A stretch of DNA of 64,000 bases from Theionarchaea archaeon (GTDB lineage Archaea; Methanobacteriota_B; Thermococci; Methanofastidiosales; SZ-28-30), in NCBI GenBank assembly GCA_018992685.1, contig JACVGT010000034.1, forward strand, positions 1-64,000, read 5' to 3'. A program made the translations under genes and the position numbers. This document shows, piece by piece, positions 29,872-40,201 of this stretch (the stretch's first letter is position 1; every line of letters begins with the position of its first letter). The notes under the pieces were generated by a model that was not told the DNA's origin, did no database searches, and saw only the letters and a list, made by a program, of their open reading frames with translations.

Positions 29872-31122
29872 TTAAATGACTTTCTCGAAATCCTTCCTCT
29901 CTTTGTCCAGAGGGATGGTGCAGTCAAATCCAGCTTTGCAGGTTTTTCTCCTGTCCTCTCCAGGGTCTGAGCTGGGGTCGAGGCTTGATCCAGGGGAATC
30001 CGGATATGAGTATACATCCTTGTCTGCCTGGAACCGCGTTGAGAATGCCCAGAGTCTATCATCTGGATTCAGAATATCAATGTCTTCGTCAAAGACAAAG
30101 ACATGCTTCAGGCTCTTATGTGCATCCAGTGCAGTCTCAATCACGTTTCCTGGGTCGTCATTGCTGTGTTTTACAATGGACACTGAACAACCAAGCCAGT
30201 CGATACCACCATCCGTGAAGGCCAGATCCTTCACTGTGCACATCTTCCGGAGTTCCCGGTAGATGAGGGGCAGCTTTCCGAATCCCATCAAGAATGAGTG
30301 CTCCCCTCTACCCGGAGTCAACGCGTAGTAAATGGGGGTTTTCTGCTGCAGGATTTTCGTGATTTTGAGCACCGGCTGTTGCCGTACGAGATCCAGTGTT
30401 CCTGTCATATCAACAAAAGGTCCTTCTTTCCCCTGTTCTGGAGTGAGTTCTCCCAGCAGGACAATCTCACTGCTTGCAGGCACCGACAACCCATTCTCTA
30501 CTGTCACCATTTCAATAGGGGTCTCGTAGAACCCACCCGCGAGAGAGGTCTCGTCCACAGGGTCTGGAGTGGAAATTGCGGCAGCAAATAGTAGGGCGGG
30601 ATCGAGACCCAGGCAGATAGCTACATCAATGTGCCTGTTGTTCCTGGTGTAACAGTTCCACGTATGCCTGTGGCAGATTCTGGTGGTGCACATATTCTTT
30701 CCCTTGACCAGAATTCTGTGATAGGAGAGGTTACGTGTCTCACACTCTGTCACAAAAACACCGGCTGTTATGTAGGGTCCTGGGTCAGAATCGTAGTACG
30801 TCAGAATTGGTAGCTTTCCAAGGTCTGCTTCGACTTCCTCAAAGGGCTGCTTTTCAACAATAACTGGATCTACAGGGTGATCCAGAGCTCTCACAACTTT
30901 TTCCTGAAGTTCTTTCCAGTTCATGTCGAAGATTGCACAAAAATTCTCTCGTGTACACAGGTTCGAAGCAATCCTGTAATCCATCCCTGTGTTTTCGAAA
31001 AGGAAGGCTGTGTCAGACTTCCGGATTATCTGGGAAATCTCATCCAGCGAAACTGCTTTTGTCACTCGCTCAAGTCTGCCTTTTGAGGCAAGCTTTCCGA
31101 GTGCCTGGCTGAAGGTGTACAT
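29872..31122 (-). CDS. UbiD-family decarboxylase (possibly anhydromevalonate phosphate decarboxylase)
   Basis: DPGPYITAG, NLSYHR, EGPFVDMTG, DEDID, GSSLDPS. Confidence 0.9.
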   Translation of the reverse strand: MYTFSQALGKLASKGRLERVTKAVSLDEISQIIRKSDTAFLFENTGMDYRIASNLCTRENFCAIFDMNWKELQEKVVRALDHPVDPVIVEKQPFEEVEADLGKLPILTYYDSDPGPYITAGVFVTECETRNLSYHRILVKGKNMCTTRICHRHTWNCYTRNNRHIDVAICLGLDPALLFAAAISTPDPVDETSLAGGFYETPIEMVTVENGLSVPASSEIVLLGELTPEQGKEGPFVDMTGTLDLVRQQPVLKITKILQQKTPIYYALTPGRGEHSFLMGFGKLPLIYRELRKMCTVKDLAFTDGGIDWLGCSVSIVKHSNDDPGNVIETALDAHKSLKHVFVFDEDIDILNPDDRLWAFSTRFQADKDVYSYPDSPGSSLDPSSDPGEDRRKTCKAGFDCTIPLDKERKDFEKVI

Positions 31123-31292
31123 GAGTTCACCTCCACTACCTGAAGAACCAGTTGTATTAAGCTTTACTGTTCCAGGACGTCATTTTGATTACATGGATAT
31201 AAACGAAAGGTATCTGTGTCATGCCAATCGAGAGAAGGTCTGTATTGCCCAGGCGACAAGATACCAGTACCCTTTGAAACATGTGGGAATGG

Positions 31293-32408
31293 TCAGTCCC
31301 TTCTTCTCAAAGACAGTACTGCTATCATCAAGAAGAGAGATGCAAACCCGACCAGAGCGACAATATCTATCCATATCTTTTCCAGCCCCCATCCTCGCAG
31401 CATGACATCACGGCACGCATCTACAGCATATGTGGGAGGAATCATGTATGATGCAGGTCGCAGCCATGAGGGGATAGCCTCAATGGGCCAGAAAATCCCT
31501 GACAGCAGAAAGGCTGGCAATACTACAAAGGGGAAGAACTGGATAGCCTGTACTTCCCTCTTGGCAAGGCCTGACAACAAAATTCCCAGAGACTGGCTCA
31601 CAACTGCCAGAAGGGCAATGACTACAAAGGCCACAGCCACATTTCCCACAACAGTGACCTTGAACACAAGGACACCAACCGTCAAAAGGAATGCAGACTG
31701 CAGTGTGCCCAGCAGACCGAAAGCCAGAGCGTATCCTGTCACGATTTCACTCTCCCGAAGGGGAGTTGCCAACAATCGATCCAGTGTACCTGAAACGCGC
31801 TCCCCCACAAAAGTTATGAGTGTCAAAAGAATGGTGAGAAGATACGCAACAAATGACAGAATTCCGGGAAAGAAATAATCCATGAAACTAGCATTCTTCC
31901 CGAATATGGAATCTTCATGTATGGTGATTGGTGCCTCTTGTCCGATTTCTTGCATGGTGCCTGTCATAGCAGCGGTTATGCTCTTCAGGACGGGATTTGC
32001 CACATTGGGATTGCTCCTGTCAATAATGACCTGAATTTCACCCGGGAACGAGGCAGTTATAACCTCCTGTGTGAAATGCTCAGGGAACACAATTGCTGCA
32101 AGAGCTCTTCCATGTTCTACATCATTCCGAGCTTCATCTGCACTTTTCAGTGTGGTTATGTCAAGCATCTGCCTGTCAAGCTGGGATATGATTTCTTCTG
32201 ACAAGGAAATCCAGACACCCTGGGCTGTAGATCCTTCATCAGCATTCACAACAATCACAGGAACATCTTTGACATCTCCACTGAATGCTACTCCAAACAC
32301 GAACATGGCAAAAAGAGGAGCCAGAAACATAAGGGCAGGCGTCCGCCTGTCATTCTTGAGGTCCCTGAACACACGTTTTGTCACTGCAAGACAGCGATAG
32401 ATCTTCAT
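31293..32408 (-). CDS. ABC transporter permease
   Basis: ERVSGTLDRLLATP, LSGIFWP. Confidence 0.9.
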   Translation of the reverse strand: MKIYRCLAVTKRVFRDLKNDRRTPALMFLAPLFAMFVFGVAFSGDVKDVPVIVVNADEGSTAQGVWISLSEEIISQLDRQMLDITTLKSADEARNDVEHGRALAAIVFPEHFTQEVITASFPGEIQVIIDRSNPNVANPVLKSITAAMTGTMQEIGQEAPITIHEDSIFGKNASFMDYFFPGILSFVAYLLTILLTLITFVGERVSGTLDRLLATPLRESEIVTGYALAFGLLGTLQSAFLLTVGVLVFKVTVVGNVAVAFVVIALLAVVSQSLGILLSGLAKREVQAIQFFPFVVLPAFLLSGIFWPIEAIPSWLRPASYMIPPTYAVDACRDVMLRGWGLEKIWIDIVALVGFASLFLMIAVLSLRRRD

Positions 32409-33133
32409 GGTGTCACCTCCTGTCTGGAGAACTCTACGAAGGCATCTTCCAGCGAGGTTGTTTCTGTCTTTTCAAGGAGCTCAGTGGGGCTTCCCTCCGC
32501 AATGATTCTCCCTCTTCTGATAAACCCGATCTTGTCGCAACGCCTGGCTTCATCCATGTAGTGCGTGGTAATCAGAATTGTAGTTCCCGTATCTTTGAGG
32601 GCATGGAAGTGATCCCAGAAGGCAAGTCTCAACTCTGGGTCCACGCCCACGGTGGGTTCATCCAGAAAGAGGAGACACGGGTCATGAATGAGGGCACACG
32701 CCAGAGAGACTCTGTGTTTCATCCCGCCACTCAGGTGTGCGATAAGTGTATTCTTCCACGCTTCCAGGTCTACAAATCTCAGGAGCTCATTTTCTTTCTC
32801 AATAATGGCCGAACGTGGGAGTCCAAAGATTTCGCCATAGAACTCCAGGAGTTCAGTGACTTTCAACCCCGTGTCAAGTGCTGTCTCCTGGGGCATGTAC
32901 CCGATATTGGATGCTATGCTCTTGTCAGGAACTCTTCTCTCCAGGACGTATGCTTCCCCCGAAGTTGGGACCAGGAGACTTGATAATATCCGGATGATAG
33001 TGGTCTTTCCTGCCCCATTGGGACCGAGTAATCCATATATTTCGCCTTCTGATACGGTCAGGTCCAATCTGTCCACTGCGGTGACTGTCCCGAACTTCTT
33101 GACCAGTTGCATAGTCCGAATGATATTTCCCAC
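32405..33133 (-). CDS. ABC transporter ATP-binding protein
   Basis: GPNGAGKTT, LSGG, LDEPT. Confidence 0.95.
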   Translation of the reverse strand: MGNIIRTMQLVKKFGTVTAVDRLDLTVSEGEIYGLLGPNGAGKTTIIRILSSLLVPTSGEAYVLERRVPDKSIASNIGYMPQETALDTGLKVTELLEFYGEIFGLPRSAIIEKENELLRFVDLEAWKNTLIAHLSGGMKHRVSLACALIHDPCLLFLDEPTVGVDPELRLAFWDHFHALKDTGTTILITTHYMDEARRCDKIGFIRRGRIIAEGSPTELLEKTETTSLEDAFVEFSRQEVTP

Positions 33134-33410
33134 CTTTTCACCTCGTCGAGCTATGCAGCACGCCTCTTAAACTTTATGATACGTGAGAGGTATGACAGAC
33201 GCTTCTTGTTTTTGTGTCTTCATCAGCACAGTTCCCTGCAGGCCAGCTATGGTGTGCAGAGATCACGAATCTGTTACAACGAGGGGAAAGAGAAGAAAGA
33301 GCCCCCGACCCGGCAAAATGGGAGATTTTGCAGAATGAATCAGAACGATGAAATACCCACCGCACATGTTAGGTAGTATTATTATAAGAAAGAACAGGAT
33401 ACACTGTTTC

Positions 33411-33923
33411 ATGACAGAAACCCCCAAAAAAATGCTGGAGCCCCGTCAACTTGCACTTTCAGCAATATTTGCAGCTGTGGTATGCGCAGCCACGCTTGTC
33501 ATCCGGATTCCCGTCCCCGCCACCAGTGGGTATATCAACCTGGGAGATTCCATGATCTTTGTTTCAGCTCTCCTCTTCGGCAGCAGAATCGGAGGAGTGG
33601 CTGGTGGTGTAGGAAGTGCGCTGGCCGACATTCTGGGAGGATTCGGAAGTTGGGCTCCGTTCACCTTAATCATAAAAGGAACAGAAGGATTCATAACCGG
33701 AAAACTGGCAAAATCTGGGAAGATTCCTGCATCTATTATAGCAGTCATTGTTGGAGGATGTATCATGGTTGCAGGATATTTCGTGGTAGAGGCGTATCTC
33801 TACGGGATCCCCGCCGCCATTGCAGAACTACCGGGAAACCTATTTCAGGCGGGATCAGGACTTCTAATTGCCATTCCACTGTCGAAAGCCGTCCAAAAAG
33901 CCATGCCAGAAAGATTTTTATAG
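33411..33923 (+). CDS. ECF transporter S component
   Basis: GYINLGD, GVGSALAD, WAPFTLIIKG. Confidence 0.9.
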   Translation: MTETPKKMLEPRQLALSAIFAAVVCAATLVIRIPVPATSGYINLGDSMIFVSALLFGSRIGGVAGGVGSALADILGGFGSWAPFTLIIKGTEGFITGKLAKSGKIPASIIAVIVGGCIMVAGYFVVEAYLYGIPAAIAELPGNLFQAGSGLLIAIPLSKAVQKAMPERFL

Positions 33924-33943
33924 AAATCCGTTGATACAGTGGC

Positions 33944-34564
33944 ATGATCGAGGTCGAGCTCAGCGTCAGTATCCAAGGGAACTACGGCTGTGACATCACG
34001 AATCGCCACCAGGATCTCATCTTGGAAGTTGTCTCAGGGTACAATGAAGAAGGAACGGTCTCTGGATTACTCAAGACCAACTACCCTCCCGAGGAGCTAC
34101 AGAATCTCCGTGAGGAGTTTTTGACCTTTCCGTATGTCAAGGAATATGAGGTTTTGGAGTCAGGATATGTTAGAATAGCAGTGGATTCCTCTGATTTTCC
34201 TCTTTCCCAGTTGATCCATACAGCAGGAGCTTTCTATATTTACCCCATCAGATTTCAGAAAGGGAGAGAACTGTGCACTCTCATCTTTGAAAACAAGAAG
34301 AGACTTCAATCTGTGCTTCAACACCTGGAAGACTGGAAGATTATACGAATCGGAAATGTGAACCTTCAGTTTGATCTGGAAGATCTAACTCCTCAGCAGT
34401 TGAAAGCAGTCAACCTGGCTATTGAACGAGGGTATTTCGAAATCCCCAAGAAAGTCAACCTGGAAGAGCTGTCAACCCAGATGAAACTATCAAGAACGAC
34501 CTTCTTGGAACACTTGCGAAAGGCTGAAAAGAAAATACTGTCACGATACTTCGAGATGGACTGA
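33944..34564 (+). CDS. Bat/HTH_10-type transcriptional regulator
   Basis: LTPQQ...AIERGYFEIPKKVNLEEL...HLRKAE. Confidence 0.9.
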   Translation: MIEVELSVSIQGNYGCDITNRHQDLILEVVSGYNEEGTVSGLLKTNYPPEELQNLREEFLTFPYVKEYEVLESGYVRIAVDSSDFPLSQLIHTAGAFYIYPIRFQKGRELCTLIFENKKRLQSVLQHLEDWKIIRIGNVNLQFDLEDLTPQQLKAVNLAIERGYFEIPKKVNLEELSTQMKLSRTTFLEHLRKAEKKILSRYFEMD

Positions 34565-34738
34565 GAACGGAATCTTCCTGGTACAAAAGTCATACATGAA
34601 GGTTTCATGCTCTCGAGTATCTCCTGGGCCCTGTGTACGTGCATTCAATTATTGTGGTTCCTTTGAGCATGCAGTACCCATTCATTCCCCTCTTGTGGAT
34701 GGAATGGTGAGGAAGCATCAAGCGTCGCCCTGGATGGA

Positions 34739-35068
34739 TCAACATGTGAGATGAAAAGCTGCCGCCTTCTTTCCAGTCAATGTGTTAAAAACGGTCACAG
34801 CCTCCCCTGTCTTCTTTACGATTAGAGTTATCCCCTTATTTTCTAGAAATTCCCTGGTCTTATCAAGTACTTTCATGAACCCATGGGCTCCTGTACCCAC
34901 CACCAGGACCTCAGGGGATTCGTCGACAATCACATCCAGATCTTCAGGCCCCACTGCATGACCCTGCTTTCTCCACCAACTGTGCACCTTCCCTGCAACA
35001 ATTATAATGTCTGAAGTGTATTCCTTTCCATCAATACCAATATGTCCAAAAGAGTACTGCTCGATCAT
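34739..35068 (-). CDS. Mth938-like (DUF498) protein
   Basis: YSFG, VVGTGAHG, AFHLTC. Confidence 0.9.
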   Translation of the reverse strand: MIEQYSFGHIGIDGKEYTSDIIIVAGKVHSWWRKQGHAVGPEDLDVIVDESPEVLVVGTGAHGFMKVLDKTREFLENKGITLIVKKTGEAVTVFNTLTGKKAAAFHLTC

Positions 35069-35158
35069 TGCTCCTCATCGTTGTGAACTCTCTTAAACAT
35101 TTCTTCTCCGACAAATCCGGTCTACACCAATTCACAACAAAAAAGAAAAAAAGAAGTG

Positions 35159-35887
35159 TTATCTCTTCCATCTCTTCTCAATGTCTTCCTTCTTCATGCC
35201 AAACCGTTTCTCAAGATAGGCATAGGTTCCCTGCAGGTCCCGCTCCATGTCCTTCAAATAGTCTGGGTTATTGAGGCAAGAATTCTCGGGGATCTTTTGC
35301 CCCTTTACCGGGACAGCGTACATGTCCATCAATTCGCCCATTCTCTTGTCTCTGAACTTGATTTCCACTTTCTGTCCCACAAAGATATCAGTAGGAGCAG
35401 TAATGACTTGCATGGGGATAGTGGTGTCACTACCCTCTATTTGTACGTATGCCAGAACAAACGGCAGCATCTCCAGGAAGGCATCAGCCGAAAATAGCAT
35501 TACAGAGAAGGTGTGTACTTCACCTTTCAGAGGCAATTCTACCCATTCAGTTTCAGCAACCTTACACGTGGGGTTCCAGCAGTGCATCCGTGGGGGGCAA
35601 TACGTCGTACCACACACAGGACACCGTGTTCCGTACAAGGTCTTCTCAATTAGTCCCCTGAAGAATTTCGAGACCAACCCGTAGGAATGGGTAAACAGTG
35701 CTCCATGGGGTCTATTCACCAGCATGAAGTCTCCCACTTTGGCATCCTCGATCTTTCCCGGACCACACGGTGCCTTGATAAACTGGTATCCTTCAACTCT
35801 GAAGTTTCCTTTCCTCGCCCAGGCTTCCCACTCCTTGTAAATGGGGGTGGATTCATCTTTCTCCACTTTGATTTTTTCATCTGCCAT
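35159..35887 (-). CDS. Zn-ribbon/OB-fold (DUF35, ChsH2-like) protein
   Basis: GTRCPVCG..YCPPRMHC...C, GEVHTFS. Confidence 0.85.
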   Translation of the reverse strand: MADEKIKVEKDESTPIYKEWEAWARKGNFRVEGYQFIKAPCGPGKIEDAKVGDFMLVNRPHGALFTHSYGLVSKFFRGLIEKTLYGTRCPVCGTTYCPPRMHCWNPTCKVAETEWVELPLKGEVHTFSVMLFSADAFLEMLPFVLAYVQIEGSDTTIPMQVITAPTDIFVGQKVEIKFRDKRMGELMDMYAVPVKGQKIPENSCLNNPDYLKDMERDLQGTYAYLEKRFGMKKEDIEKRWKR

Positions 35888-35892
35888 TGCAA

Positions 35893-37173
35893 TCACCTCG
35901 AGTACACAATCACGCCGCCCTGGCACCCGGTACCACCGTGTCCTGTGGTAAGGGCTTTTTCAGCGTCTGGGATCTGCAGCGTAGAATCACCGAATTTCTC
36001 TGGAATTCTCCCCGAAAGCTGCCAGTACAGAAACAGCGACTGCATCAACGAGGTAGCCCCAACAGGATGTGCAAAGGACGTCAATCCGCCACTTGCCTGA
36101 CAGGGTAGTTCTCCGGACCGCTCTACGATTCCCTCCCGGATCATGGTCTTACCTTCACCTCGCTTGCAGAACTTCAAATCCTCATAGAGAGTCAGTTCCA
36201 CGCCGTCATATGGTGCAAAGATTTCTGCCAGATCGATTTCTCTTACAGGGTTCTTGATGTCGGCTTCCTTATAGGCAGTGACTGCTCCTTCCCTCAGGGA
36301 GCCGAAGTTTGCCATATCGGGATAGGGAGTTTTGGGTTTCTTGACAGTATCAGGATAGATCTTCTCGTCTTCAGGGTATACACCATGATATGCCCAGTCC
36401 ACGAGCCTGTCACCCGGTCGCATTGAGTCAGTTCCCAACCCCACTCCTTCAAACCACATGGGAGTGTCACTGTATTTTTTGGCGACCTTTTCAGATGCCA
36501 TCAATAAACAGCAGGCGCCCTCAGAGATTAAGGCACAGTTCATTCTCCTGTAGGGCCAGGCCACAATTCTGTCTTTGTAGTAGTCCTCAAGCGTTATGTA
36601 GCCTGTTCCGTGCTCACTTCTCCACTGAGAATACGGGTTGTGGGTAGCATTATTGTGGTTTTTCACTGCAATTTTCCCAAGGTCTTCAATCGTTTCGCCG
36701 TACAGCTGCATGTGTCTCGTTTCCAGGCAGGCATAGTACCCATTATAGTATCCACCAACAGTGAAATCCCAGTCCGTATCTGATGCCGATGCGATAAATT
36801 CATTGGTTGTGGCAGTGTCAACCTCAGACATCCATTCCCAACCAGGAACAAGTACCAAATCATAGTATCCAGATTTGATCAGGTAATATGCATTGATAAT
36901 GGCATCCAAGGGAGTGCTTCCTCCGGATTCAACCCGGTATCCTGGTTTTCTGTGTAATCCTAAATAGTCTTGGATAATCCACCCCATGCATAGCTGCTGG
37001 TTCAAGTGATCACTGAAATAGGACATCATGACAAACTCAATGTCCTGGGGGTCCAGTTCCGGTGTGTCATTCATGAGGTCTCGGAATGCAATAGCCACTC
37101 CTTCCTCGGCATTCTCGTATCTGAATCTGTCTCCACGAAAGATACCACCACCGACTATAGCTACTCTACTCAT
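35893..37173 (-). CDS. Thiolase-family protein (SCP2-type) lacking the catalytic Cys
   Basis: AVKNH...NPY, SEGA, HPVGAT; RVESGGST in place of the usual E/NxCxS. Confidence 0.85.
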   Translation of the reverse strand: MSRVAIVGGGIFRGDRFRYENAEEGVAIAFRDLMNDTPELDPQDIEFVMMSYFSDHLNQQLCMGWIIQDYLGLHRKPGYRVESGGSTPLDAIINAYYLIKSGYYDLVLVPGWEWMSEVDTATTNEFIASASDTDWDFTVGGYYNGYYACLETRHMQLYGETIEDLGKIAVKNHNNATHNPYSQWRSEHGTGYITLEDYYKDRIVAWPYRRMNCALISEGACCLLMASEKVAKKYSDTPMWFEGVGLGTDSMRPGDRLVDWAYHGVYPEDEKIYPDTVKKPKTPYPDMANFGSLREGAVTAYKEADIKNPVREIDLAEIFAPYDGVELTLYEDLKFCKRGEGKTMIREGIVERSGELPCQASGGLTSFAHPVGATSLMQSLFLYWQLSGRIPEKFGDSTLQIPDAEKALTTGHGGTGCQGGVIVYSR

Positions 37174-37467
37174 TGATGTACCTCCTCTTATCATAGATAA
37201 CGAAGCCACTGTGGCGTACTATGGTTTGCGGATGGAGAATGATGTGACCTGCAGCATTCACCCTGGTCTCCCGGGCGAGTGTGGCTGCTGGCTGCAGATG
37301 GTGGGGTTCAATACATATAATGAACCAATCAACATGCCGGCCGGATTGATTCCTGCACCATCCCCTGCGCATGAGGTTGCCCTGTACACGACATCCTTCC
37401 ATGATGCATCGGAAGTCACAGATAGAGAATCTGTGTACCCAACTCCCACGATTGCAGCTCTGATCAT
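37166..37467 (-). pseudogene. Internally deleted remnant of a second thiolase-family gene
   Basis: GAGGTGA RBS then MIRAAIVGVGYT...SWKDVVYRA...AGINP, a typical thiolase N-terminus; similarity lost and stop after 69 aa. Confidence 0.6.
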
Positions 37468-37661
37468 TCATTCACCTCTTTCAGGTCTTGCAGGCAGATT
37501 TGTTCTACCACAGTAACCTCTGCTAGACTTTACGGGCTTCCTTTAAAAGCATAACCTTTACATATGTAAATAATGGGATGAGTAGAAGGTGGGACAGGAT
37601 AGGGTGTGTACAAGGAAGGTGGCATCGGTATGTTTTAATGTACAGAAGAGCTGGAGTCTTC

Positions 37662-38759
37662 ATGCACTACCACCTGATTCTGACAGATCAGTGTAATCTA
37701 AAATGCAGGTATTGCTATGAGAAATCAATACTAGACAGTGGGACTCCTTCACGGTTTACGTATGATTTTTCAGCACCCTCTACGTTTTCCGTGAGTATTG
37801 AAAGACTGAAACGGTTTCTGGAAAAGGATGAGAATCCCATCATTATATTTTATGGAGGAGAGCCCTTGCTGGAACTGGAAAAGATGATGAAAATCATGGA
37901 CTCCCTTGACGTGCCATACAGGATACAGACGAATGGGTTGCTCCTGGACAGGGTTCCCCGAGAGTATGTGAAGAGGGTTGGGAGAATTTTGGTTTCTCTG
38001 GATGGGGACAGAGACAGGACTGATCATAATAGGGGGGAACATACATTCGACACAGTGATGGGGAATATTCGCACTATTCTCCCCTGGTATCCTGGCGAGA
38101 TTGTTGCACGAATCACCATTGCGCAGGATTGCCCTGACATTTGTGAGCAGGTTCAGTTCTTGGTTGGAGAGGGGTTCAGGTCAATTCACTGGCAGCTGGA
38201 TGCAGGATTCTATGGGTTTGATTTTGATGAGCGTAGGTTTGCAGAGTTTGTGGAGAAGTATAATGAGAGTATTGGGAGGTTGGTCACGTTCTGGGTTAGA
38301 AATCTCGAAAAGGGTAATTTCCTACGGTTGTATCCTTTTGTGGGCATTATTTCTTCGTTGCTAGATGGAGAGACAACGAGAGTACGATGTGGAGCGGGCC
38401 ATGCAGGGTACTGTATTACCACTGATGGGAAAGTTGTGGCCTGCCCCATTGGGTGTTTTGCAACGGAGTTAGTGGCAGGTAACCTGGAGACGCATCCGGA
38501 GGATTTGAAGAAGTTCGACGTTTCTGGCAGATGTCTGGAATGTGTATCAAGGGATATATGTGGGGGAAGGTGTTTGTACTGGAATAAAACGAGGTTGTGG
38601 CCAGAAGAAGGGGACAACCTGATCTGCAACACAGTTTCTCACCTCATCAGAGAATTGAAGGAAGTGATACCTGTAATTGAGAAAATGATCTCTTGTGGTG
38701 TAGTCAGGAAAGAAGATTTTGCGTACGAAAAGTATTTTGGTCCAGAGATCATTCCTTAG
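37662..38759 (+). CDS. Radical SAM/SPASM protein (AF0577/TIGR04084-like)
   Basis: CNLKCRYC, FYGGEPL, CGAG, CLECVSRDICGGRC, C-terminal EIIP. Confidence 0.85.
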   Translation: MHYHLILTDQCNLKCRYCYEKSILDSGTPSRFTYDFSAPSTFSVSIERLKRFLEKDENPIIIFYGGEPLLELEKMMKIMDSLDVPYRIQTNGLLLDRVPREYVKRVGRILVSLDGDRDRTDHNRGEHTFDTVMGNIRTILPWYPGEIVARITIAQDCPDICEQVQFLVGEGFRSIHWQLDAGFYGFDFDERRFAEFVEKYNESIGRLVTFWVRNLEKGNFLRLYPFVGIISSLLDGETTRVRCGAGHAGYCITTDGKVVACPIGCFATELVAGNLETHPEDLKKFDVSGRCLECVSRDICGGRCLYWNKTRLWPEEGDNLICNTVSHLIRELKEVIPVIEKMISCGVVRKEDFAYEKYFGPEIIP

Positions 38760-38791
38760 GTGAAATCTGCGAATCTTCCTGGAGAACACTC

Positions 38792-39157
38792 TTACTCTCT
38801 CATGGTTCTGAGACGGTCCAGAGCCTCACGATATTGTCCTCCCTGCTCGGCCTGCTTTTCGAGGTTTCCGCAAGGAAAGTCGTCACACTCATGACACCCT
38901 TCATACCCTTTCTTGTCGATACAACACACCAGAATGGGACATTCAGGTGACCAGTGAACAGAACGATCACCACGGCATCCCTTGCAATACATGTTCCGAC
39001 TGATAATTTCTTCGGTGCCCTCATTCTCCCCAATCAACCCTTGAGTCTGAAACCACTTTACAATTCGCTCAGCAGCTTCTGAGTCAAAGGGGATTCTTCT
39101 GATATCACAGACTTCACAATCCAATCCACAAACAGCAATCATTTCTTCACATGTCAT
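38792..39157 (-). CDS. DUF3795 Cys-rich protein
   Basis: CGLDCEVC, CKGC, CPILVCC, CHECDDFPC. Confidence 0.85.
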   Translation of the reverse strand: MTCEEMIAVCGLDCEVCDIRRIPFDSEAAERIVKWFQTQGLIGENEGTEEIISRNMYCKGCRGDRSVHWSPECPILVCCIDKKGYEGCHECDDFPCGNLEKQAEQGGQYREALDRLRTMRE

Positions 39158-39389
39158 TACTTCTCTTTGGCTTCTGTAGTTAAAAACCTGTCAGTCAATC
39201 AGGTGGGAACGCGGCATTCGATTTACGGTGGATAATTTGTAACTCAGGAAATTCGAAGAAGACAGGTTTCATGGGTTCAGAAAGCTGTCTCAGTCTTGAA
39301 CGACTCTTTGCCTTGCATTCTTAGAAAGAGTTGATATCTCTCCTCGACCGAACCGCCTGTCGCTCGACCGTGACATCCATTGGTTGGGG

Positions 39390-40115
39390 TTATTTCTGAC
39401 AGCTCACAACCTGTTCTACAGGATACTCTACTCCACAGCAGTTAATCTCTGCCGAATAGTCTTCAAAGAACTCTGGCTTCAGGACCCATTCCTTCAAGTG
39501 GCAAAGAGCAGCATCTCCCGAGAGTTTTACAGGGGTCAGAAAATATTCCACCGTGATTCCAGAGAATCCAGCAGAATGAAGCACTCCCGCCAGTTCATCT
39601 GCAGGAGGAGAAAACCAGTCGTGGTCAAAGAGAGGGTCAGCTGAATACGCGTCAGCTATTATAACCAATTCTTGAGCCCTGGTTTCCGGGTAAGGACTCA
39701 AACACCCGTGGACAAAGGTTCCACCCTCTCTTAGAATTCGATGGAATTCATTAATCGTTTTCTGGGTATCATTTCTCGAGAGATCACACAGCAATTCATT
39801 ACTGACAATGAAGTCCACAGATCCAGTATGAATGCACATATCCCTCACATCTCCCTTGATGATACTGATGTTCAGTGCCCTCTCTTTCAGTGTGTTCAGG
39901 TCTCTCTCATAGACACCACGATATAGATCGTAGCATAGAATTCTCGACTCCTGCAGCAAGTGAGAAAGATGTGTTGTCAGTGCACCATCACCACACCCTG
40001 CCTCCAGAATGACAGCATGTTCTGGAATTTCAGCCAGGCCAACCATGAACTGAGCTAGGGCATCATAATACTTTGCAAGCACTGGTTCAATTTCCTCTCG
40101 CGTTCTGGCTATCAT
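39390..40115 (-). CDS. Class I SAM-dependent methyltransferase
   Basis: ILEAGCGDG, VDFIVS, RILREGG. Confidence 0.85.
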   Translation of the reverse strand: MIARTREEIEPVLAKYYDALAQFMVGLAEIPEHAVILEAGCGDGALTTHLSHLLQESRILCYDLYRGVYERDLNTLKERALNISIIKGDVRDMCIHTGSVDFIVSNELLCDLSRNDTQKTINEFHRILREGGTFVHGCLSPYPETRAQELVIIADAYSADPLFDHDWFSPPADELAGVLHSAGFSGITVEYFLTPVKLSGDAALCHLKEWVLKPEFFEDYSAEINCCGVEYPVEQVVSCQK

Positions 40116-40201
40116 GTCTGATGAAGAGCATACGAGAATATCAATCTTTTTGTGAATTCAACTCAGATCAGGGTGCTGGGACAGTGTCATACTGCACTCT
40201 T

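Noticed and set aside
33140-33410. Possible riboswitch upstream of the ECF S component
   Set aside because: No TPP, FMN or cobalamin consensus recognisable by eye
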